Shown in pieces: positions 1 to 7,960 of a stretch of 64,000 nucleotides of DNA. Each line of letters starts with the position of its first letter. Positions within the stretch are counted from its first letter, which is position 1. A program made the position numbers and the translations under genes. The notes below the pieces were generated by a model. The model was not told where the DNA came from and ran no database searches. It saw nothing but the letters and a program-made list of their open reading frames with translations. Where the stretch lies: NCBI GenBank assembly GCA_951813575.1, contig OX638375.1:3731330-3795329 (forward strand), written 5' to 3'. This DNA is from Candidatus Binatia bacterium. GTDB lineage: Bacteria > Desulfobacterota > Binatia > UBA9968 > JAJDTQ01.

Positions 1-89
1 ACCTAAACTGTGCGCAAGGAGGTGTCTGAGGTGGTCCTGGTTTCATGGACAGGAAGGCGGCGGAGTTAAGGTGTATTCCGGATGATCGA

Positions 90-1019
90 TCATGCCGCCA
101 GGGTCCTGTTTAACACGTCCTGCTGTTCCGGTTGAGCCGGCAGAGAGGCAGGGGAGCTGCAGCGCTGTGCCGGCCTCTGCGTCAGCATTCCCTTTTCGTA
201 GACCTCGGCCGGGGTGGAGCCCCCCAAGGCGGAGTGGGGGCGCGCCCGGTCATAGAAGGCGAACCACCGAGAGATCAGCCGCTGGGCCTGGAAGCCGTCA
301 GAGATCTCGTGCAGGTAGACGGCCTCATACTTGAGGGAGCGCCACAGGCGCTCGATGAAGATGTTGTCCATGCAGCGGCCCCTGCCGTCCATGGAGATGG
401 CGACGCCGGCGTCCTTGAGCACGGAGGTGAACTCCAGGCTGGTGAACTGGCTGCCCTGGTCGGTGTTGAAGATGTCGGGAGGGCCGTAGCGTTCCAGAGC
501 CTCTGAGAGGGCCTCGACACAGAAGCGGGCATCGAGGGTGTTCGACAGTCTCCAGGAGAGCACCCGGCGGGTGGCCCAGTCCATGACCGCCACCAGGTAC
601 AGAAAGCCCTTCTGAACGGGGATGTACGTCAGGTCCGCGCACCACACGTGATTGGGCCTCTCGATGGCCAATCCCTTGAGCCGATAGGGGTAAACCCGGT
701 GCTGGGGGTGCGGTCGGGTGGTCCGCGGCGCCTGGTAGATGGCCTGTAGCCCCATCAAGCGCATCAGACGCCGCACCCGGTGACGACCCACAAAGACGCC
801 TTCCCGCCACAGATGGCGGGCCATCTGGCGGCTGCCGTAGAAGGGGTACTCCAGGAACAGCTTGTCGATCCGGCGCATCAACGCCAGATTCTCCGCGCTC
901 TCGCCCTTGGGCCTGTGGTACACAGAGGATCGACTCACTCGAAGTAGCCGGCACTGTCGGCTCAAGCTGAGCTTAGGATGGCCGGGCTCGATCATCCCCC
1001 GGCGCTCCTCCCGGTTCAC
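90..1019 (-). CDS. IS3 transposase OrfB (rve/DDE integrase)
   Basis: WCADLTY, NTDQGSQF, DNIFIERLWRSLKYE motifs; GTG start overlaps the orfA stop. Confidence 0.92.
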   Translation of the reverse strand: MNREERRGMIEPGHPKLSLSRQCRLLRVSRSSVYHRPKGESAENLALMRRIDKLFLEYPFYGSRQMARHLWREGVFVGRHRVRRLMRLMGLQAIYQAPRTTRPHPQHRVYPYRLKGLAIERPNHVWCADLTYIPVQKGFLYLVAVMDWATRRVLSWRLSNTLDARFCVEALSEALERYGPPDIFNTDQGSQFTSLEFTSVLKDAGVAISMDGRGRCMDNIFIERLWRSLKYEAVYLHEISDGFQAQRLISRWFAFYDRARPHSALGGSTPAEVYEKGMLTQRPAQRCSSPASLPAQPEQQDVLNRTLAA

Positions 1020-1297
1020 CACTTGAGCCCTTTGGCCAAAAAATCCCGCTCCACCGTCAGCTCCCCGATCTTCGCGTGCAGGTCCCGGATCTCCCCCTCG
1101 TGGTCCCCTCGTGCCCGCTCCGCCCCGTTCGTGAACACCTCCTTCATCCCCTCCACCGCCCGCTGCTTCCAGGTGCTCACTTGGTTCGGGTGGACCTTGT
1201 GCCGCGCCGCGATCTCCTGGATCGTCTTGTCCCCGCGCAGCGCCTCCAGCGCCACCTTCGCCTTGAAGTCTCCGCTGAACCGTCGTCGTGTGCTCAT
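1016..1297 (-). CDS. IS3 transposase OrfA (HTH)
   Basis: RRRFSGDFKAKVALEAL...IAARHKVHPNQVSTWK HTH plus leucine zipper; TTTTTTG slippery run near the 3' end. Confidence 0.9.
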   Translation of the reverse strand: MSTRRRFSGDFKAKVALEALRGDKTIQEIAARHKVHPNQVSTWKQRAVEGMKEVFTNGAERARGDHEGEIRDLHAKIGELTVERDFLAKGLKW

Positions 1298-1370
1298 TGC
1301 GTATCCCTCCCTCAGTCGGTGGAATACACCTTAGCAACCTGTCCGATTTTCCGGGACCACCTCAGTCCGG

Positions 1371-1685
1371 ATGACAAGGGGCAAACCGCCGTATGCGGCG
1401 GAATACCGGCAACAGATGGTGGAACTGGTCCGAGGGGGTCGCGGGCCGAAGGAGCTGGCTCGGGAGTTCGAGTGTTCGGCATCGGCGATACGCAACTGGG
1501 TGCGGCAAGCGGATCGGGACGAGGGAGTGCGTGAGGACGGATTGACGACGGCGGAGCGCGAGGAGTTGGGACGGCTTCGGCGGGAGAATCGCCAGCTTCG
1601 CGAAGAGCGGGAGATCCTAAAAAATGCCGCGGCCTGGTTCGCGCGGGAGACCGGGACGGTACCGGGGAGGTCTTCGAACTCGTGA
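1371..1685 (+). CDS. IS3-family element B OrfA (left end lies before the window start)
   Basis: YAAEYRQQMVELVRGGR...ELAREFECSASAIRNWVRQ HTH; AAAAAA frameshift run; its SD (AAGGAGGT, about 16-23) is separated from the ATG by element A. Confidence 0.85.
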   Translation: MTRGKPPYAAEYRQQMVELVRGGRGPKELAREFECSASAIRNWVRQADRDEGVREDGLTTAEREELGRLRRENRQLREEREILKNAAAWFARETGTVPGRSSNS

Positions 1686-1833
1686 AGGCGAATCAGGCCG
1701 AACATGGTGTGTAGCGGACAACTGTAAATGTCCCATTTGTGTCAATCGAAAATGTCCCACATTGAAGATTGCGAGGACGTGTACGTCGGGCCAGTCTGTT
1801 GGCAAAAGCCAACAGGAATGGAGCGGCGAACCG

Positions 1834-2083
1834 ATGCACGGATGGGAGACAAGGATGCTGTTAAGGCACTATCTGGAACGAGGCGTGACCAGGGCGGAGC
1901 TGTCGCGACGGTTTGGTGTGGATCGACGGACGATCCATCGATGGGTGTCGGGAGGCCAGTTGGAGCGAGACGCTGGAGGGGGGACGCAGTACAGGGCGCG
2001 GCCAGGGGTCGAGCACAAGCTGGATCCGTACAAGGGGATCATCGAGACGCGGCTGGAGGAGTATCCGCGGTTGTCGGCCAGGC
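1834..2083 (+). pseudogene. istA: istA 5' fragment (HTH only)
   Basis: MHGWETRMLLRHYLERG...ELSRRFGVDRRTIHRWV...KLDPYKGIIETRLEEYPRLSA; the DDE domain is absent. Confidence 0.8.
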
Positions 2084-2084
2084 G

Positions 2085-2713
2085 GCAACAACCGCCGCCT
2101 CAACACTGCCATGCGCGCCTCGCGCCTGCCGGCGGTGAAGACCCTGGGGCAGTTCGACTTCGCCTTTCAGCCCAGCATCAAGCGCGAGCAGATCGAAAGC
2201 CTCCACGAGCTCGGCTTCCTGGACCGCCGCGAGAACATCATTTTTCTCGGTCCGCCGGGAGTCGGGAAAACGCACTTGGCCATCAGCTTGGCCATCGCCG
2301 CAGCCGAATCCGGCCGCCGCGTCTACTACGGAACCCTGACGGCGCTTATCGAGTCGCTCGTCGATGCCAAGGCCGCGGGCCAGCTCTCCCGAAGGCTCCG
2401 TGTGCTGACTCATCCTGCCCTGCTCGTGGTGGACGAGATCGGCTACCTGCCCGTCAGCCAGGACGGCGCCGTGCTCTTCTTCCAGCTCATCAACGCCCGC
2501 CACGAGCGCGCCTCCACCGTGCTCACCTCCAACAAGGGCTTCGAGGAATGGGGCGGCGTGCTCGGCGACGAGATCATGGCCACGGCCCTCATCGACCGGC
2601 TGCTGCACCACTGCCACATCGTCAACATCCGCGGCAACAGCTACCGGATGCGGGAGCACCAGAACCTCATGCGGTCCGCCTCCGAACAACGCCACGAGGA
2701 AGCGGTGCTGTGA
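2085..2713 (+). pseudogene. istB: istB AAA+ ATPase lacking its N-terminus
   Basis: KTLGQFDFAFQP, GPPGVGKTHLA Walker A, LLVVDEIGY Walker B, LIDRLLHHCHIVNIRGNSYR. Confidence 0.88.
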
Positions 2714-2896
2714 TGGCCGTGTCCCGCCAGACGCTCCTAGAGGCGAGGAGTTGGACTCCGGTCGCTACGCTCCCTCCGTCCACCCCCTCACCCAGGAGCA
2801 GACCCAACCGGAGGGCGTCTGTCCCGAACCGCCCCCCCATCAGAAGTGGGACATTTTCGATTGACACAAATGGGACATTTTCGACTGACATTGACA

Positions 2897-3441
2897 TGGT
2901 GTGGCCACGATGTGCCGGGTGCTGGGTGTCTCCCCCAGCGGGTACTACGCGTGGCGGAGGCGAGGGCGCTCGGGTCGTAGGCGGCGTGACGAGGAGTTGC
3001 GCGGGACGATCCGGACGATCCACAGGGCTTCCCGGGGCACCTACGGGGTTCCCCGGGTGCATGCGGAACTGGCGCGGGTGGGGTGCGGGTGAGCCGCAAG
3101 CGGGTGGCGCGTCTGATGCGCGAAGCCGGCCTGGCCGGAGTGAGTCGGCGCCGGGGCGTGCGCACCACGCACGCGGATCGCAGCCGCCGAGCAGCTCCGG
3201 ACCGCGTGGAACGCCGGTTCCGAGCCGATGCGCCGGACCGGATCTGGGTGGCTGACATCACCTACGTGCCGACCTGGACGGGGTTCGTGTACCTGGCTGT
3301 GGTGCTCGACGTGTTCAGCCGCAAAGTCGTGGGGTGGGCCATGGCTCATCATCTTCGCACTGAGCTGGTGCTCGCAGCGCTCAACATGGCGCTGGGACAG
3401 CGCCGCCCCCAAGGGGTCGTGCATCACTCTGACCGCGGCAG
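2897..3441 (+). pseudogene. IS3 element B OrfB, split by IS21 and truncated at HHSDRG
   Basis: Removing the IS21 and one TSD copy restores EHGVATMCRVLGVSPSGYY; the frame continues to WVADITY and HHSDRG, then breaks. Confidence 0.88.
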
Positions 3442-3532
3442 ACTCTCGGGTGGAGAACCCCATCCGAAGCCTTCAACGAACTGCTACTCTTATACCAGCG
3501 AGGACGTGTTGCGACGACCCCTTGAAACCGGC
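3441..3532 (+). mobile_element. IS30-family 3' remnant (transposase tail plus right IR)
   Basis: Translates TLGWRTPSEAFNELL...VATTP*, resembling IS30 C-termini; ends GTGTTGCGACGACCCCTTGAAACCGGC. Confidence 0.7.
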
Positions 3533-4470
3533 TTGACTGCCGCGGTCTGAGTGATGCACCAGCAACTCGGGCCGAGGCCGATGGGTCAGAGCCATGCCCA
3601 AGGCGTTCAACGCGAGTTTCCAGGTGATGCGATTCGACATCGCCCATCCGACCACCCGGCGCGAGTACAAGTCGAGCACCACCGCCAGGTACAACCAGCC
3701 ACAGCGCGTCCACACGTAGGTGATGTCCGCTGCCCACTTGCAGTTCTCGGCATCGGCGGTGAAGTCGCGCTCCAGCACGTTGGCTGCCACCGGATGGTGA
3801 TGGTCGGAGCGGGTGGTCACCCGGTAGCGGCGCCGGCGCTTGGAGCGAAGGCCCTCCTGGCGCATCAGACGCGCTACGCGGTGGCGTCCGACTGCCACGC
3901 CGCCCTCGACCAGGTCCCGGTGCACCCGCGGGTTGCCGTAGGTCCCACGCGACGCCGTGTGGCTCGCCTTGATGTTGACCAGCAAGCGGCGGTCCTCGCC
4001 TGCTCGCGTGCTCTCACGACGCCCACGCGAGGCGTAGAAGCCGCTTCGAGAGACCTCAAGCAGCCGGCACATCATGGTCACGGGAAATCTGGCCTTCTCC
4101 GCCTCGATGAACACGAACCTCATATCGATTCCTTGGCGAAGAAGGCCGTCGCTTTTTTTAGGATATCGCGCTCCATCCGTAGCTGCCGGTTCTCCGAGCG
4201 CAGCCGGCGTAGCTCATCGAGTTCGCCCGTGCTCACGCCCTCGCGCACACCAGCGTCCACGTCGAACTGGCGCACCCAATTGCGAACCGCCGATTCCGTC
4301 AAGTCCAGATCACGCGCGACCTCGCCGATCGAGCGTGGTCCCTCCTTGACCAGTTTGACCGTTTCGAGCTTGAACTCCTTCGAAAACCTCCGTCTCGTCC
4401 GACTCATGGTCGTCACCTCCAAGGCCATTATCGCCTCTTATCAGGTGTCCACCAAACCTAGGCAAGACCA
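3533..4470 (-). mobile_element. IS3-family element C, truncated at HHSDRGSQ
   Basis: Left end TGGTCTTGCCTAGGTTTGGTGGACAC at 4470; orfA 4120-4428; A-run frameshift; orfB 3533-4123 with WAADITY and HHSDRGSQ. Confidence 0.88.
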
Positions 4471-4672
4471 ACCCACTTGCGCAACGTCTCCGCCCCGCAG
4501 CCAAGCTTCGACGCCACCGATACGATCGCCGCCCACTCAGAATCGTGCTCCCCTCGGTGCTCCATTACCAGCCGAACCGCTCTCTCCCGTACCTCCCGTG
4601 AGTACCTCGTTGACTTATTCATATCCCTATCCTCTCAAAGAGTTAGGTCTCCGGTAAACCCGGGGCAGTTCA
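4471..4672 (-). mobile_element. IS3-family (IS51/IS629-like) element D, left-end remnant
   Basis: IR TGAACTGCCCCGGGTTTACCGGAGAC at 4672; orfA start [51 protein letters not shown] interrupted by element C. Confidence 0.82.
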
Positions 4673-4785
4673 GTCCGGGGTGACGTTAAGGATGGCCCAG
4701 GGTGAGGTTATAGAGATGGCCGGAGGCGGCGTTGCAGGTGCTCGGAACGATGGTTGGGGTGGAATGACGGTCCGGCGTCGTGTTC

Positions 4786-6189
4786 CTAGCCGGCCGTCTT
4801 CAGCGCCGCGATCATGTCCTCGGTGCGGGTGAGCTTGATCCGCGGCCGTCCGCTTGCCTTGCCGCGTGCGGTCTCGATGTCGTCGAGACGGAGCCAGTCC
4901 TCGTAGGACACGTACCGGGGCTGGCGTTCCCGTACCAGCCGTTCGGCGCCGGCCACCTGGGGATGGGCGGGGTCCCACACCATGCCGGCCCGCAGGTCTT
5001 CCAGCATGCGTTCGACGGTTTCCACGGCATCGGGCTTGTTGGTGCCGATGACGCCGCTGGGGCCGCGCTTGATCCACCCGGACGCGTAGAGGCCGACGAG
5101 GGGCTCCTTGCCTTGCCCGGCCAGCACGCGGCCCCTGTCGTTGGGGATCACGCCTCGCCGCTCGTCGAACGGGACCGCGGGCAGGGCCACGCCGAGGTAG
5201 CCGACGGAACGGAAGACGATGTCCGCCGGGATGGTTTCGGTAACCGCGGTGGCGCGCGGCCGCAAGCCGCCGTTGTCGGCGTAGAGCTCGTTCCGTACCA
5301 GTTGGACGGCGCGTACCCGGCCGTCCGCGTCGCCGATGAGCTCCGTCGGCGACAGCAGGAAGCGGATGCTGAGCCGACGCGATTTGCCGGTGGATGGCCG
5401 GCCGGCGTAGCTCTGGAGGATTTCGAGCTTGCGGACCAGGGCCTTGTCCGGGTGAGCGTCCAGGTACGCCTGACTGAGGTCATCGAGTCGGGCCTCTTCG
5501 GGAAGAACCTCGACATCGGCGTCAGCCAGCTCTCCCATCTCCTTGATCTCGGGATTCGTGAAGGCGGCCTGGGCCGGTCCCCGGCGTCCGATGAGGTAAA
5601 CGTTCCGGATACGGCTGTGCCGGAGCGCTTCCAGCGCATAATCGGCGATATCGGTGACGGCCAGCTCGTCGTGGCACCGGCACAGGATGCGGGCCACGTC
5701 GATGGCTACGTTGCCGACGCCGATGACGGCGGCGTTCTCACCGGACAGGTCGAAGCTGCGGTCGCGGTAGTCGGGGTGTCCATTGTACCATGCCACGAAC
5801 TCGGTGGCGGCGTGGCTGCCGTCAAGGTCTTCCCCGGGGATGCCGAGGTTGCGGTCGGTCTGGGCGCCGGTGGTGAAGCAGACCTGGTGGTAGTGGGCTT
5901 CGAGATCGGCCAAGTGGACGTCCCGGCCGTAACGCACGTTGCCGTAGAAGCGGAAGTTGGGCTTCCGGGCCGCACGGTCGTAGACCCGCACCACCGACTT
6001 GATCTTTTGATGATCGGGAGCGACGCCGCCGCGCACGAGGCCGAACGGGGTCGCCAGCTCGTCGAACATGTCGACCTCGACATTCAAACCCTGCTCTTTG
6101 AACAAGCGTTCGACGACGTAGAAGCCCGCCGGGCCCGAACCTATGATGGCAACTCTGAGAGGATTGTCGTCGGTCCCCGCGTTGGGCAT
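4786..6189 (-). CDS. Ferredoxin--NADP+ reductase (FprA/adrenodoxin reductase-like)
   Basis: VAIIGSGPAG, PFGLVRGGVAPDH, VIGVGNVAIDVAR, GWIKRGPSGVIGTNK. Confidence 0.9.
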   Translation of the reverse strand: MPNAGTDDNPLRVAIIGSGPAGFYVVERLFKEQGLNVEVDMFDELATPFGLVRGGVAPDHQKIKSVVRVYDRAARKPNFRFYGNVRYGRDVHLADLEAHYHQVCFTTGAQTDRNLGIPGEDLDGSHAATEFVAWYNGHPDYRDRSFDLSGENAAVIGVGNVAIDVARILCRCHDELAVTDIADYALEALRHSRIRNVYLIGRRGPAQAAFTNPEIKEMGELADADVEVLPEEARLDDLSQAYLDAHPDKALVRKLEILQSYAGRPSTGKSRRLSIRFLLSPTELIGDADGRVRAVQLVRNELYADNGGLRPRATAVTETIPADIVFRSVGYLGVALPAVPFDERRGVIPNDRGRVLAGQGKEPLVGLYASGWIKRGPSGVIGTNKPDAVETVERMLEDLRAGMVWDPAHPQVAGAERLVRERQPRYVSYEDWLRLDDIETARGKASGRPRIKLTRTEDMIAALKTAG

Positions 6190-6527
6190 GAAGGTCTCCC
6201 GTTATCCCTGCCGCCATGAGAGGCAACGGTCCGGCCCTTCGAACCGTTCCCCTGTTCTCATTGTACGGCATTCGCCGGGTGGTTGCCAGTTTTCTCCGCG
6301 GCCCTTCCGGCAGGGGTTCGGCGGTCCCTCGCCTTGATGGTCCACGGTTTTCATGTTACTGGTTTTCTTCACCTTTTGCGGGTTTTCGCCCGTCAAGACC
6401 GTAGTGCGGCATCACACCAACGCGTGAGACGCCGCACGAAAGCCCCCGGTAGTTCCGTCCATGTACGGCCGCTGGGTTCGGGGCGTCAGGAAAACGCCCG
6501 GTGCGAGCGGCTATTGGGAGCGCCTTC

Positions 6528-7193
6528 ATGCGTATCATCTTGCTGGGTCCGCCTGGAGCGGGCAAGGGAACTCAGGCGGAGTCCATCGTCGGGGCGTTCG
6601 GCATCCCCCAGATTTCCACGGGCGACATGCTTCGGGCGGCGGTCAAGGAAGGCACGGCGTTGGGAGCGCGGGTCAAGTCCGTGATGGAGTCGGGCCGGCT
6701 GGTATCCGACGAGATCATCGTGGAGCTCATCAAGGAGCGCATCCAGGACCCGGATTGCCGCGACGGGTTTCTCTTCGACGGTTTCCCGCGGACGCTGGCC
6801 CAGGCGGAGGCGTTGCGGGACAACGACATCCGGGTCACCCACGTGGTGGAGATCGACGTGCCCGCCGAGGAGGTGGTCACGCGGCTCAGCGGCCGGCGCG
6901 TGCATCCGGCATCGGGGCGCATCTATCACGTGGCGTTCAACCCGCCCAGGACCGAGGGCAGGGACGACGTCACCGGGGAGGAGCTCGTGCAGCGTGACGA
7001 CGACAGGGAGGCAACGGTGCGCCGGCGGCTGGAGGTCTACGGCGAGCAGACCGCACCGCTGGTGGACTACTACGCCCGCTGGCGGGATCGGGGCGACCCG
7101 GCGGCGCCGCGGTACATCAAGGTGTCGGGGGTGGGCCGCGTCGAGGACGTCGGGGACGCCATCCTGATCAGGCTGAAGGAGGAGGCGCCGTGA
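6528..7193 (+). CDS. adk: Adenylate kinase
   Basis: [31 protein letters not shown]; LID lacks Zn-binding cysteines. Confidence 0.96.
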   Translation: MRIILLGPPGAGKGTQAESIVGAFGIPQISTGDMLRAAVKEGTALGARVKSVMESGRLVSDEIIVELIKERIQDPDCRDGFLFDGFPRTLAQAEALRDNDIRVTHVVEIDVPAEEVVTRLSGRRVHPASGRIYHVAFNPPRTEGRDDVTGEELVQRDDDREATVRRRLEVYGEQTAPLVDYYARWRDRGDPAAPRYIKVSGVGRVEDVGDAILIRLKEEAP

Positions 7194-7942
7194 GTTCGCA
7201 CCCTCGAGTGACCGCCGAGGACTTCGATGCCGTCCTGTTCGATCTCGACGGCGTGCTGACCTCCACCGCCCGGGTCCACTCCGTGTGCTGGAAGAAGATG
7301 TTCGACGAGTTCCTGCGGCAGCGCGGCGCGGACACCGGCGATGCCTTCGTGCCTTTCGACCCGGACGGTGACTACAAGCGGTACGTGGACGGCAAGCCCC
7401 GCTACGACGGGGTCCGGAGTTTCCTGGAGTCGCGGGGAATCGAGTTGCCCGACGGCGACCCGGACGACCCTCCGTCGGCCTCGAGCGCGTGCGGCCTGGG
7501 CAACCGCAAGGACCGGCTGTTCAACGAGGTGCTGAACGCGGAAGGGGCGGAGACCTACGACGGCACCATCCGCTGGGCCCGGGCACTCCGCGGCCGGGGC
7601 ATGAAGACGGCTGTGGTGTCGTCCAGCAAGAACTGCAAGTCCATCATGGAGGCCGCGGGCATCGAGGATCTGTTCGACGCGCGGATGGACGGCGAGATCG
7701 CCCAGCGGCTCCGGATCCCGGGCAAGCCCGCGCCCGACACCTACCTCAGGGCCGCCGAGGAGCTGGGCGTGCGCCCGGAGAGAGCGGTGGTGGTGGAGGA
7801 TGCCCTTTCCGGCGTTCAGGCCGGCCGCGCGGGCGGCTTCGGCCTGGTCATCGGCGTGGACCGGCACGGCGACGCCGAAGCCCTTCGCGAGAACGGCGCC
7901 GACATCGTGGTGACGGACCTGGCGGAGATGCTGGACGAATAA
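7190..7942 (+). CDS. HAD hydrolase, beta-phosphoglucomutase family
   Basis: [29 protein letters not shown]; GTGA overlap with adk. Confidence 0.88.
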   Translation: MSSHPRVTAEDFDAVLFDLDGVLTSTARVHSVCWKKMFDEFLRQRGADTGDAFVPFDPDGDYKRYVDGKPRYDGVRSFLESRGIELPDGDPDDPPSASSACGLGNRKDRLFNEVLNAEGAETYDGTIRWARALRGRGMKTAVVSSSKNCKSIMEAAGIEDLFDARMDGEIAQRLRIPGKPAPDTYLRAAEELGVRPERAVVVEDALSGVQAGRAGGFGLVIGVDRHGDAEALRENGADIVVTDLAEMLDE

Positions 7943-7960
7943 CGGCCCGGTTCCGGTCCC

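Larger units (their letters stand above)
27..1364 (-). mobile_element. IS3-family element A, apparently complete (1338 bp)
   Basis: Terminal IRs TGAGGTGGTCCTGGTTTCATGGACAGG (from 27) and CCTGTCCGATTTTCCGGGACCACCTCA (ending 1364); 3-bp direct repeat GTC at 24-26 and 1365-1367; orfA and orfB inside. Confidence 0.93.
1710..2896 (+). mobile_element. IS21-family element, internally deleted (1187 bp)
   Basis: IRs TGTAGCGGACAACTGTAAATGTCCCATTTGTGTCAATCGAAAATGTCCCAC and its imperfect complement ending ...GACATTGACA at 2896, each with a repeated internal motif; 5-bp TSD TGGTG at 1705-1709 and 2897-2901. Confidence 0.92.

Noticed and set aside
1710-1760. Repeated AAAATGTCCCA units resembling a mini CRISPR or iteron
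   Set aside because: These are the transposase-binding repeats of the IS21 ends, mirrored at 2845-2896.
1624-3255. 543-aa ORF across the IS region
   Set aside because: Chance open frame spanning several IS junctions; only the istA N-terminal part is real.
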